Shown in pieces: positions 12,001 through 19,800 of a DNA stretch of 64,000 nucleotides. Where the stretch lies: positions 54,156-118,155 of the IMG/VR virus record IMGVR_UViG_3300027881_000536; one strand, given 5' to 3'. Every line of letters starts with the position of its first letter. Positions within the stretch are counted from its first letter, which is position 1. Below the pieces are notes generated by a model that saw nothing but the letters and a program-made list of their open reading frames with translations, searched no databases and had not been told where the DNA came from. Origin of the DNA: a virus. Made by a program: the position numbers and the translations under genes.

Positions 12001-12207
12001 AGTGGTTTCACTAACAGTTTGAAACAAACAGTTGCTAGAATAACAGTGGCTGATAATACACTTCAGCATCTAAGGGCTGATGCTAGCAGGAGAGGTGACT
12101 TCACTGTCCAACCACGCTACACTCAGTCCCTCTATCCAGGTACCAACCTCAACAAGAGTGACCACAGTGGAGAGAGTTCCCATACTGACAACGAGGTGGA
12201 TGGCTGA
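1..12207 (+). CDS. Giant (>4060 aa) putative virion structural protein, 5'-truncated by the window
   Basis: The frame is open from base 1 (CCT CTG TTC GAT... in frame with the GTG at 22) to TGA at 12205-12207. G/T/S/D/N-rich, lies directly upstream of the tail genes, and shares a 'FTG.SG.TFTG' motif with the next protein. Confidence 0.7.
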   Translation, partial: PLFDEASVVSDGTTINDRLFQSIGSVAHDYQLGTQYASTRALVEIPVFGNQFFDDPRNGVFPGPDNSMKIHLDPTLTAHSWAPNPVGRRAMGISPADRDVLGPYHKRWIENTTKSAVVVTKMDCASSGYKIYFDDLSKSFPAFEEAISSFRDITGVQKAGTNAGVAEVANTIMHRRIYTPEGEWAIVESNSGSEYVTVNNPLSTGTSEHFWKNFSEGGIVSNIVSGSYGEPLRGDPALESTENEFRRPYYYDRANVQTQGGNIDYGLRQYVSAVEFKEGPTANPHAKKIESGAATFEIISWSSPNAGYISDNLPSFTGSSWTDTTMEAINQDDEILLFTHHTDGDKIVVSSGTPAVGDIYTLKRLKFSQNNLGITTTNYFDIHDGYGVGEQSWKNTLNKTWNNPYAPGGLRHGDTVWMNMHYTNPHAIEGLFCKSRGVLNEFLVWNGFNGGRGELGTQARDSIPLENFLIGNTCMETAQNFVQHVNKTVELNWLELGYSASEVPVVAYLDPYLAKEGHARVLLYDVAHDREFIAFHDIHMQVQTGQATPKVNGLDIANGFYSQDKHRNNSSQTSGGAAIIEQSDFIEGAYAHKSSPYMEVTTSGQTHNAYGMNDATIFYGSSFLGSTGRTENSTVRTEDLTYGVNYTEKRHQLETATTNRSTFFDTPDGTRAIPAFLCLKGNRANTLDLTTHSESRLQHLPQWKDMDFVRRLTLDLGEIGQADGVSNTESAVREMVRRVNQAAALQGRSVGGSTHDPATFWDDTAFNGDKGSHMGYLRAHFGRAVKDLDGNDGYTIVIHSTVPGASGRNFCAWLDNSKGQAEYRPQFLVGHGGRFRSFWAMPMEGEDENMHPAPMPITKNGRPFAPITTLRQMVPPDDEDEEFINNLADYEGTNTRRNSEMATGRGANTVYQESFESQGDANRMVEGLRTGTRARARINFGGLVASGVPGWAPDAGSMGFGILNKGGRFDKIYNDDSNTTYSTYVTTDEQSKDEVGKGELYGFRFTDHRDKDHTIRLVYREKGQSFANNNTVLPPGLENEIIISFDDRDIGKGGFTVGKHMKGSTYPVTIDAGEDSVGDDITTSVTWRGNSWNGIKAPSAGYPVSTASVSGSNLSITLSNIWYTDASTATSLDYLGLLGFPEEGLFIYTDNHSSSQTTKVFRYTSRSHKSAASDANGTMSTHSFYGVTGGTLDTSNMSAEYATISPMLNWTTIVTDELIAAAVEYAMGVDPNTASEFDCSKLYGPDGRTYKEWMGDAATTAIQIHTLNDKKKVTPLGDLFSVSREIDLGLYAGNAETYLTSTQVDDGVVVDTGYLPKTLLNITSKFRGENANTVSPTFIKSNGDSLSTSDWKKHLRGEKFTAYAGDHITPCINNVIVKVTSVSGTTITVTPWQLLTPYDPAIAALDNYFSELYTLYDPNGKWATYQLVPAGNNDSGGKLELVNKHSDFSIAQNNHLSTWGPEKDPRAREFAGHRLTGNTYGEPLTYFRGAHDSPDHSVPLYFGGGFSGVVMDINDGTQNDYTEFYSHPYASGPTGCAGLQNVGENMGAHAILDTTAMLAMFPGTPFLNQHRGESQPPFTNADALLAPDMNVKSGSGSNLAGNTTQLVGYDNDSDKATRYKDDGSDVDNQTTITHPTPIVLRFAHPYARYTDAASGCADEVAYIVFGPGQSVPKNIQMYASSGVKEPTALKTVSAKFTHVYHNDLGGISLRGSGTEPGKYHPNEMSKGWKNSGTYTDRAGLFKPYLPPTMSWQRSAEYPYGVLRNWEPACGTPSEWLNTEFDSSSASLITNHWASSKATASLTIAHPMFTQTTADALYYHWHMDGGYPAGGNWMDNAIAKNPTHPTTGNRLPDNQEHSINSEDITLGLNASMFRVGALALEDYDRGLTENTTGDGTTRDVFVVDATRVQNSEELATIISAAINSYPGEGNLKAMGGTFLPSFQDAIRQDRYAWINVGMVKDSGYSNGTTLTTDERLPKYLPEKGWLRVSKTGTGVFYGRYTAHDDDASGEGTFTIGTNWRSGGARLESPTIGSGTTAGNHDAAAIDDSWTIYVWSKTGNLRWSNGAPEALHTADASTSNWDTNVFHHLAATQVHFNGFVDAIDRTRPVGAVGWHGERYSYLNSLKVAKTTTGHGISAGLGAWHPLLGFNPYGSAMGVHALNGATAAYAQAGATASFTQDSTGLNSGLHPRHYVVVSNEAELPIIAKADRDGLLLCGDMLDKRWAASSKTGGTVIASHNARHNNDRFAAYAHGGPHVDAQFAKDFAAPSSSNGEWAANIPTAGELYPMESCLFPTGDLFYDRLENPGVAHYPQEDPINHNDIGSNTLAAQSAVLAAPYSFWKGKSAARNFFTNHVVWKRMDGGNLCMPASNARGLGAVPWVWRKVGNSYVKFGETIYGNTRFSFETTNAAVFPTVQAQELAHPQLAEKYPVEIGAALSIPNEEIQFEAITVVDDSGQEHKIEGGSPLGTVIRDFSRVGGRDIQGPALSGSGNEPNLSINLPDPNTIPGNILVRSGFDKVQAYQHETMGAGGLQRPDLPDAVVSSNFDSTNENPSTNPFWENEGWERVDNSETSEVGTGFPYSKSGSMDDKAPLQTSYEPHDRALYFHLTKMGWGYTEREPLGIVSATTNGVTTNTMTHNPLTFVSVSGSVLTASGTITAPIWQAEQTPDGRSFLTVNGHVVSFTGVSGSTFTGCKFTPGFTATNGNMMKPSFYVPAGSTRHFAARRLRDHAEVSGESPDKAPIDWVGVDVDASPATAIRDDRLTPMPIPRMGHHYVTPTMAVMPGHLSHPLYQRVYNLNRAYQGATTSIEQAQGYTSVENSLIGLDNGSLLEEEGVGVNALMWFSSPSSPHPPSDIHGGAFTLMVETKVRYDGYGILAFDAENNSGDHRLKLEAGTNYSTHWNFPDPLETGAYQIIIQPNLFAQQLMGFSTNYDFGADSSTQYPLLTDQQVATVIALQWNGTTYDFVLAEALKADVRGCEVYLNEVILDIDPSPNQQFTSLPTLALYNPLGVNESTSPAWSRKSLPYYPGMFQLASPGYTLTVPWWSPAYTTASGTLTNGVFAGVNTDTQGNSYNWRNTEQYHPNHYYHFSRTGYGSVGAQSVMTGYPTHYLNPYLHSYESLNPSCVIKYADDGNDQILVDNNNLFPEVSFVYDDCMLTVIDPDGGTYEANYGYRGQASGEENATTNRFYQVNGSTQFWAACIEGRRLTLTGTTRKPGEVYTDKLSSVAAHHIQDLRAGTGDTGTSHLPDAYLSMWHYNLGRPMTYYSDNRASATAAAVDKKPYNHLPEHYETVHYHDFGYVASDGPFDFRGYGWDDDGANIVTPNSMGTGSGDWFPQARTANSLYYHYGAFWPGGSRFGAQASRMDLWGTAGPGWGRFWDSDHIIQEQSTATQFRYDSASGITDSISSVNHKRNAAFGFRFCVRGPFNRPRAALWSAQGFDDTYDNEHAGYRFGPYVQNDAVTAAIYTPATNANTSTAGTESIASGYSGIIERLTNASALIGSDLKGQQVKYSHGRRMCRPFGCAVRNIVNDPYAIRHHQGDYVAGAASADTDITNRRRDLATALAHYMTDWWGNTTGEDVRRLPVRGFGIRPAWDPEDAYRATDRTRNAQVFAAPSGHGKARVTLDLFDPATAKRVGDRGDGRGVRWPTVFNEDVLQEVDTIMDATGLVLSSNTAEPPLGNGYTRARNDDLQLNEVPRGISRRLDVHADDGLLKPEAMAGSNVEKAANDLLPASEVLQEPISRIAPRIGLDTLTIGESTGGIANTHVALGTEAHSLHTDRVAGRRYTLSGGIRTNDAYSKPLADYDLSSLSFVQKDGPSGSSNVPHFVQVMRLNYTHGLWPLGGNLIMDLRNYTEPVDDENWGTHFQGRNNYWSANPYETTSHNADTTRTNNSDYSIKFLLRPVRVLDHRHLEIFRDRFTNALSATAAGRYGVFTYDTPNARATTGGFFLRGTNPAPDNPPYPPAYHFLNDTVVDNTISTETKDYRLPISVGPIIPGTEASGFTNSLKQTVARITVADNTLQHLRADASRRGDFTVQPRYTQSLYPGTNLNKSDHSGESSHTDNEVDG

Positions 12208-13973
12208 TGGTTGGTACTGCTATTTTCCCTGTGCCTGGTAATCAGAATACTGTTCCAGGTGGGAGAGATGACGATATCAGAAGTAGTGTAGGCTCTAAGG
12301 TATCTACTGCCAAGTTTGTAGATAATACTGTACACCATGCTGTATACAAGAGAAGCAGTAACACTACAGGACAGTATATGACTGTAGATAGACCTACCAA
12401 TACTGATTTCCAAGTTACTAGTGAAAGGGCTTATGACATTATAGAAGAGGAGAGTTCGGTGATATTGAACCACTCATTGGCTGCTGGAGTTAAGAGTAAT
12501 ATCTCACCCTTCTTCTCAGACAGGAAACTAATCACAGGTGTTACCCCACCACTTCTCTTGATGTCTAGAAGTGGTAGAATGATACCTGACACAGTAACTA
12601 TTATAAATAAAGGTAGTAGACTGGACTTCCGAAATCTAAGGGGACTCACTCCATCTGGTATTAGTGAAGAATTTACTACTGGTACTAGTGTCCATGCTGG
12701 ACAGATAGTAGATGTGGGGATGAGAACCAGTGACTTGGTCATGAAATTATTCAATGGAAAAAATCACTCATTGAATTCTATATCTGTGGGTAGGCCATTT
12801 GCTGGTCCTAGAACTGAGGAAGTCACGACTTACAAAGGGGCTAGCCTTGCTAAACATTCCCATAGATTCCTATCTAAAAACTTCATCTCAACTACGATTC
12901 CAGATGCTGCTAGATTCATCAGTAGACATGACAATTATCACATCTTCTTCGACAGATATGGAAATTTCATTTATGCTCCTGATGGATTCTCCAATATAGA
13001 CAAGCAGATAGACCCCCTTATTGCTTCCAATGTAGAAACAGATTCTGTTGTGGATGTGGCTAACAGTGTATCAGTCAAAGGTAAGGTTGTAGCAGATAAT
13101 GATAACAATAGGGTCACAGTCAATGATGTAGAAATGCAAAAGAGAGATGGGATAGTGAAAACCATGAGTGTTTTTGACCCTGCAGCAACTACACTCACTG
13201 CTTCTAGACGCTCTGCGAATCAACTACTTCGACTCAACAGGAAAGCGCAAGGTGTAGTCAAGAGTAAGGGGCATCAGATGGCTTGGGACTTGTACCCTAG
13301 TGACATTATTGATTATAGAAGCCCCATAGATGGTGGGGTTAGTAGAAAGGCGGTACTGGAAGTAGAGCATAACTTAGAAACCATGAGTAGCGACTTCCAA
13401 TTATTGTCATACGAAAGTGGTATTGAAAGGGTATTAATTGACCATAACTCAAAGATAGATGATGAGGAACCTACTGTTCCCAATGATAAAACCAAAGCGT
13501 TAGAGATGGGTAGTGGTGACAGGGCCATGTTTAGGGTTAGAGGTAAGATGTTGACTAGGAACTTATCTAGTATTCTCAAGCGAATTAACAGTGACCCTTA
13601 CACCCTAGCAAATGCTGGTAATGACATACATAGTGGCTTCTTAATTGGGCATAGGAATTATGACACTGGCAATGGTGCTGGTCGTGGTGCAATAGGTACA
13701 GGTTTGGCTCCTAGATTGACTGGTGGTACTCACAATAGTGGTACTATAACAGTGTCCTCGACAACAGGCTTCCCAAGTGCAGGTCATCTTATCATAAACG
13801 AGGCTATACATATACAGTATACTGGTAAGAGTGGGACAACATTCACAGGTGTGACAGTACAGGCTCCTTCAGGAGAGAGTGTGCCAGCAAGCGGTTTGAG
13901 TGTTAGGTTGCTTAGAAGTAGGGGACATGAGATGAGAACTGTGAAGAATACGGTGAAAGTGAGGATGTTCTAA
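12207..13973 (+). CDS. Putative baseplate hub/tail protein (588 aa)
   Basis: TGATG overlap with the giant gene. The central region (HIFFDRYGNFIY...NSVSVKG...DLYPSDII...VLEVEH) resembles baseplate-hub/late-control-type proteins; C-terminal 'VSSTTGFPSAG...YTGKSGTTFTGV' module. Confidence 0.5.
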   Translation: MVGTAIFPVPGNQNTVPGGRDDDIRSSVGSKVSTAKFVDNTVHHAVYKRSSNTTGQYMTVDRPTNTDFQVTSERAYDIIEEESSVILNHSLAAGVKSNISPFFSDRKLITGVTPPLLLMSRSGRMIPDTVTIINKGSRLDFRNLRGLTPSGISEEFTTGTSVHAGQIVDVGMRTSDLVMKLFNGKNHSLNSISVGRPFAGPRTEEVTTYKGASLAKHSHRFLSKNFISTTIPDAARFISRHDNYHIFFDRYGNFIYAPDGFSNIDKQIDPLIASNVETDSVVDVANSVSVKGKVVADNDNNRVTVNDVEMQKRDGIVKTMSVFDPAATTLTASRRSANQLLRLNRKAQGVVKSKGHQMAWDLYPSDIIDYRSPIDGGVSRKAVLEVEHNLETMSSDFQLLSYESGIERVLIDHNSKIDDEEPTVPNDKTKALEMGSGDRAMFRVRGKMLTRNLSSILKRINSDPYTLANAGNDIHSGFLIGHRNYDTGNGAGRGAIGTGLAPRLTGGTHNSGTITVSSTTGFPSAGHLIINEAIHIQYTGKSGTTFTGVTVQAPSGESVPASGLSVRLLRSRGHEMRTVKNTVKVRMF

Positions 13974-14320
13974 TGCCGATGTTGAACTCAATCAAAAGGA
14001 GATTGATAGAGCATCTATCAGGTCTAGTCAATGAGTTGCATATCGGTAGTGATGGTACAGTCGCTAGTGTAGATGATGGTGGCTCTAGAACCTTGGCTAC
14101 AGTTACTCCTACTGTCAGAATTCTAGATGACAACAGCCTTCTAATCGAAGGAACTTTTGACTCTAGTCATATTTATTCCACTGATATACAAGAGGTCTAT
14201 TTACAATACAAGGATGCTACAACTGGAGAATTCATACCAGTATATCGTACAGCCTTACCAGCCTTCACTAAGGATGGGCAGAATGAAGTTAAATTTTCAT
14301 TCATACTGGAGGTAGAATGA
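13973..14320 (+). CDS. Putative tail/baseplate protein (115 aa)
   Basis: Coupled (TAATG) within the structural operon; beta-rich composition. Confidence 0.5.
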   Translation: MPMLNSIKRRLIEHLSGLVNELHIGSDGTVASVDDGGSRTLATVTPTVRILDDNSLLIEGTFDSSHIYSTDIQEVYLQYKDATTGEFIPVYRTALPAFTKDGQNEVKFSFILEVE

Positions 14321-14502
14321 TGGCTAAGAGTTACATTTCACAGAGACCTGCTAAGTTGGCTCAAGCCCGAGTCAAGAGAATGTCTCAAAAGAACCAGAAA
14401 AAGAGGAAGATGCGACAATATCGTAGGCACAGTAAAATCGGGGTGCGGCGTCCGAAGATGCGTAGGCAGATTGGATTGACTAGAGTGTCAAGGAGTAGAT
14501 AG
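14317..14502 (+). CDS. Highly basic protamine-like peptide (61 aa)
   Basis: ATGA overlap; 23 of 61 residues are K/R and there is no D or E. Confidence 0.6.
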   Translation: MMAKSYISQRPAKLAQARVKRMSQKNQKKRKMRQYRRHSKIGVRRPKMRRQIGLTRVSRSR

Positions 14503-14504
14503 AT

Positions 14505-16838
14505 ATGGTAGACCCTCTCAGTGGACATACAGCAGCAGGTAATACGCTAGGTGGAGATGGGCTTAGAGATGGTGATGCTCTAGCCTCACCAACACTCACC
14601 AACATTCTCCAAGGACTCAAAGGTAATGGTATAATCAGACTTCAGGATGCTGCCTATGGTTCTACTAGAAATGCTGTTAATGACCAGCCCGGAGCAGTAG
14701 TAAGGGCTACTGCCCATACTCTCACTGTAACTGGTGGGTATGTAGTTTTGGATGGGCAACTGTATGAGTTTGCAGGTGGTCCAGGAGGTGCTGCTACTAT
14801 CACTCTAGGTTCTGATGGCACAGGTACTGCTCTTGCAGCCAGTGGAGAACAGTCAATCTATGTCCTTTATCTGACCTCCCAAGGTGGTAATGCACAGGTT
14901 CATGTTGTTGGTGGTACTCCAGTCCAAGTCAGTACTGGACTCTATCCCTCTATCCCCTCTCAATATCTCACAAATTATGATACAGGTACAACTCGAGATA
15001 ATCAACAGGTAGTGGTCTTAGCCACAGTTAGATGTCAACATGTGAGTAGTGGTGGTGGTAACCACCTTGTAGATGTTCAAGAGGTGAATGACAAGAGACA
15101 TTTCCTTAGAAACAATCCAATCTATATGTTCCCATTGACTTCATCAACCATAGTTACTGACGGGACTGAGGTCAGTCAGGTACGAAGGAACCCCGATGAT
15201 GGAGTACAGTCACCTGCAGACCTTAGAGGGCTGTTCGGCTCAGAGCCTGGGAAATTAGGATTGGCAGCAAATGGTAGTACACTTATTGATGCTGGTGCCA
15301 TGTGGATGTCCACATCTAAGAGTGGGGCTGGGATAGGAGCCACTGCTACCATCACCATTACAGATTTCACCGAACTCAACACACCCGACAAGGTGAACTT
15401 AGTCGCCACTGATGGAACTAACTATGACTTTGTGCAGGGTGACCAGAGTTCTGTTGCTGGTACATTTGAAGCCACTACATCAAACGATGTAACTGCAACT
15501 AACCTGATGAATGTCATTAACACATCATCAGGGCCATCGGGAACGAGATTTACCGCCACGGTTGATGGGGCAGTTGTGACTGCAACTCAGGCGGTGGGTG
15601 GTATAGCCGGCAATACAACTGTCACTCTTACAGACAGTGGGACTGCTGGTATGACCAAGACTGATTTCGTTAGTGGTTCAGGTTATGGGTTCGGTCCTGG
15701 TGATGGAGAAGACAGGGGTGAGAATCAAATGAAAGATGAACTGTTCTTCGCAGGCCAGAATAATACTGAGACTGCTTTGGTCAGCAAGAGACTGTTCAGT
15801 AAGGGTGTGTCTGCTCCTACTGCTGCCATCAGTACCAGTATTACTTACAGTATTACATCATACGGTGACTCATTCTTCATCCTTAGCCCTGCTTCTACTA
15901 AGGTTGTGACACTGGCACCGGAAAAGAGTGGCAGTAACTATCTATTCCCCGAGGGTCACATCATAGAAGTGGTCAACAGTGCTAGTGCAGGTGGAGGAAA
16001 TATTACCTTCGACCCTAGTGGATTAGATTCAGATGTCGCTCCTGAGTTTCGCGCTACATTCATATTCGAGGGTAGTGTGTGGTTACGCACAGCATATGAA
16101 ACATCTACTTCTGCTGCTGCAACTACTTTCCTAACACTGACTGATACCCCTAGTGCTTTCACTAGTCAAGCAGGTAAAGGAGTAAGAGTGAATAGTGGCG
16201 CTAATGCTCTTGAGTTCTATACTATACAGAGCACCCTTGCTGGTATAGATGACCAAACATCATCTAATGATGACCAGTTGACTATCACTGACACTGCTGT
16301 AACCATCAATGTAGACCATGATGACTTGGACTTCAAGGTGATATCAGATGATAACAGTGCAACTCTGCATGTAGACGGTGCAGGTGCAGGTAAGGTAGGT
16401 ATCAATCAGGCTACTCCTGAGATGACCTTCCAAGTAGAAAGTGCTGGGTTTGAATATGGGACTGCCACTAGTGGTAGTAGCAATAGTAGTACTAGTACAG
16501 CCATCCCTCTCAACCTATTCCATATTCAGAACTTTAGGTCTGCCAAGATACTAGTAGAGACTGAGAATAGTAGTGAGGAGAAGTATGAGGTAGCAGAGAT
16601 TGTAGTGACCACTCCTTACAAGAGCAATAGTACTATCAGTAGTGACGCTGAGATGCCTATACAGGTCTACGGTGTCACATCTTCAGACAGTCAGGACAAT
16701 AACCCAGGTACGACTGTAGTCAATACCTACAGCGTATACGCGGAGAGTAGTAACAGTAACATTCAATTGCGAGTGACGCCAGCACACTCCGGCGATACGG
16801 TAACCGTGAAGGCGTTTTGGTATGCAATTGGGCTATGA
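14505..16838 (+). CDS. Tail fibre/baseplate-anchored fibre protein 1 (777 aa)
   Basis: G/T/S-rich; 'LTDTPSAFTSQAGKGVRVNSGANALEF' fibre motif; C-terminal beta domain (RSAKILVE...EVAEIVV...NIQLRVTP). Confidence 0.65.
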   Translation: MVDPLSGHTAAGNTLGGDGLRDGDALASPTLTNILQGLKGNGIIRLQDAAYGSTRNAVNDQPGAVVRATAHTLTVTGGYVVLDGQLYEFAGGPGGAATITLGSDGTGTALAASGEQSIYVLYLTSQGGNAQVHVVGGTPVQVSTGLYPSIPSQYLTNYDTGTTRDNQQVVVLATVRCQHVSSGGGNHLVDVQEVNDKRHFLRNNPIYMFPLTSSTIVTDGTEVSQVRRNPDDGVQSPADLRGLFGSEPGKLGLAANGSTLIDAGAMWMSTSKSGAGIGATATITITDFTELNTPDKVNLVATDGTNYDFVQGDQSSVAGTFEATTSNDVTATNLMNVINTSSGPSGTRFTATVDGAVVTATQAVGGIAGNTTVTLTDSGTAGMTKTDFVSGSGYGFGPGDGEDRGENQMKDELFFAGQNNTETALVSKRLFSKGVSAPTAAISTSITYSITSYGDSFFILSPASTKVVTLAPEKSGSNYLFPEGHIIEVVNSASAGGGNITFDPSGLDSDVAPEFRATFIFEGSVWLRTAYETSTSAAATTFLTLTDTPSAFTSQAGKGVRVNSGANALEFYTIQSTLAGIDDQTSSNDDQLTITDTAVTINVDHDDLDFKVISDDNSATLHVDGAGAGKVGINQATPEMTFQVESAGFEYGTATSGSSNSSTSTAIPLNLFHIQNFRSAKILVETENSSEEKYEVAEIVVTTPYKSNSTISSDAEMPIQVYGVTSSDSQDNNPGTTVVNTYSVYAESSNSNIQLRVTPAHSGDTVTVKAFWYAIGL

Positions 16839-16853
16839 TAAGAGGTAGAAATA

Positions 16854-19800
16854 ATGGCAAGTGCATCAGATTTTAAGGTCAAGAAAGGATTGCAGGTACA
16901 AGGCGGAGACCTCAATTTAGGTAACGCTCAGAACGCAGTTATCCAAGTCGATGCAGTTTCCGGTACTAATACTGCAGGTAAGACTCTCACTATTAGTGGT
17001 GGGGAAGGTACTGGTACAGGTGCTGGTGGTAGCATCATCTTCCAAACTGCAGACGGAGGGGGCACTGGGTCCAGTGTTAACCCTCTTGCTACAGCATTAA
17101 CAATCGCTGATGATTTGTCTTCTGCTTTCACTGGTGCAGTAACTCTCAATGGTGCAGTGACTCTTGGTAATGCTAGTGGAGACGACATTACGAACACAGG
17201 TCGATGGGTTGGGGACTTTGTACCAAAGACAGACAGTTCGATAGACCTCGGTACTTCTGCACTCCAGTTCGCTGAAGCACACATAGATACTGGACACATT
17301 GACGACATCACTTCGACTGGTACATCCACTCTAAGCACTGTGGATATAGGTGGAGGTGCGATAGATGATACAACTGTTGGTGCAACTACTGCTTCTACAG
17401 GGGCATTCACGACACTCGGTGCTACAGGTGCTGTTACTTTTGGCACTGATGCTAGTGGTGTTGATGTCACATTCCATTCAGCCACTACTGGCGACAATAT
17501 GTTGTGGGATGCTAGCGAGGAGCAATTAGTTATCACAGGCACTAACGGAGCCACTGCTCTGAATGTAGCAGATGGTAATGTCACTATTGCTGACAATTTA
17601 ACTGTCACTGGCACTAGTGCTCTTATAGGTGCTACATCAGTAGGGTCGGCAACTGCAACCTCCACAGTCACTCAAGTAGCATCTGGTCAAGGTATACATG
17701 GGAAGTCACTGACTATCACTGGGGGTAACACAACAACTGGTGGTGTAACTAATGACCGTACTGGTGGTGACCTCTTACTTCAGGGTGGGCAAGGTACTGG
17801 TACAGGTGCTGGTGGAAGTATCATATTCAAATCAGCCGGTGCTGCTGGAAGCACTGCTAACTCCCCTCTTAACCCTCTCGATGATACGCTGCTTACTTTA
17901 GCCTCGACTGGGGCTGCTACATTTGCAGGGGCTGTATCTGGTATCACTACACTTGCTACAAGTGGTGCTGTGACAATAGGTGCTAATGAAGCAGGTGCTG
18001 ATGTTCAGTACTATGGAGACACAGATGGCTTAGGGATGCTTTGGGATACAAGCACTGACAAATTAGTCATTCATGGACGCGCTGCTTACGACGCTCTCCA
18101 AGTTACTCAAGGAGATGTTCTTGTATCCCAAACCATCAACACTAATGTCCTGGAGACAGACACAATAAATGAGTCGACCGCTGACGCTGGTGTCACAATA
18201 GACTCTGTTCTTCTGAACAATTCAGCAGTGTATACTGGAAGTAATACCACTGACAAGGGTAAACTGTATGGCAACGCAACCAATACTTACCTCACCCACA
18301 CCGCTACCAGTGGTAATATCAACCTAGTGGCGACGGGGACTGGTGAAGTCCTAATGGACAATGTCCGTGTAGGTGGTGACACTGTTTGGAATAATACAGC
18401 CAATCTGAAACTGAACGGTATTGCTACTGGTGGTGTGAACATAGCCAGTACTGCTGGTACTCATGCAACTGTAGCGGGTACTGCTATTGATGTGAATGGA
18501 GGTTCGGCAGGTAACTTCGACATAGGTTTACAGGTTAACCCCGGCGCTTCTGCTGGACAATATGCTGAGGTCAGGATTAAGACCAGTACTGAATCACCTA
18601 TTGCGAACAGTGCTCCTGGCTCTTGCTTGGTTCTGAGGAATGCTAACACTGCTGCTACTGGAACCAATGCAACATACTATGATTTTGGTACCGATAATGA
18701 TGGTAGAGTATGGGGTACTGGTACACTACATGGTGACCCTGACATATTCACGATAGGGAATTTCATTGGTAAATCATATGATGGGGCCAAGAACAGTAGT
18801 ACCCAGACACCTACTGATGTAGCCAATTCAGTCTTGGAGATTAGCAAGCCGACTGCTGCTACTGCTGTTAAGGATGTATTGACACTAGTCAACACAGTTA
18901 ACGCGACTGGTGGTGCAGGCGGAGGCGGACATACTGGTACTGGCTCAGCGATTGCATTTGACCAGTGGTATTTCGATAGTACTATCCCAGCAAGAGCAGA
19001 TGCAGGTAGGATTGCAGTCAAAACAGCGGCTGATTGGACTGCTACTAGTACTACTCGTGATGCTACAATGGTATTCGGTGTCGCTCTGAATAACACAGTC
19101 ACTGATTCCCTTACTCTCAACAGTGACGGTTCAGTCGGTTTCCGAAGTTACACATTCCCAACCGCCATAGGAAGCAGTGGTGAAGTTCTCAAGGCCCCAT
19201 CTAGTGGTACTCTATTGGAATGGGCCAGTGATACTGGTGGTGGTACAGCATCAGATGTGGCTGCGGATGATATCACTGTTGGTAACGCTGCAGTAGAGAT
19301 TGAGACTTCAACAGGTGGAGTCGATATCAGTACAAATGCTGTGAATCAGGCTCTCACAATGGGTAACACCAGTGGGGCTACTGCCATTCTTGGCTCGACC
19401 ATTGATTTGACTTCTATTGGTGCGATTGGTATCAGTGCTCCCGTATTCAAAATTAGCAGTGGTACTACTGACAGACCAGTTTTCACAGTTGAAGGTACTG
19501 CTGCCGATGCTACTGCACCTACTATAGAATTGAGAAGCACTGCTGGTACTGGGTCTGCTGGTATTGGAGAGGATGGTAACCCTAGCGGTTTCTTCACCTT
19601 CAGTAGTAGAAACGACAATAATCAGGACCATATGTATGGTAGAATTAGGACTATCGGTTCTGCTGCGGCTGATGGGTCAGAAGAAGGCACCATGACACTC
19701 GCTGTATCTACTACTGATAGTGGTACCATAACTGATGTCATTACCATAAAGGGTAATGATAATGCTGTTGGTTCAAAAGTTACTATCGCAGGTGACCTTC

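Noticed and set aside
16928-17671. 247-aa minus-strand ORF and other antisense ORFs within the fibre and giant genes
   Set aside because: These are shadow frames produced by the biased GCT/ACT/GGT codon usage of the real plus-strand genes.
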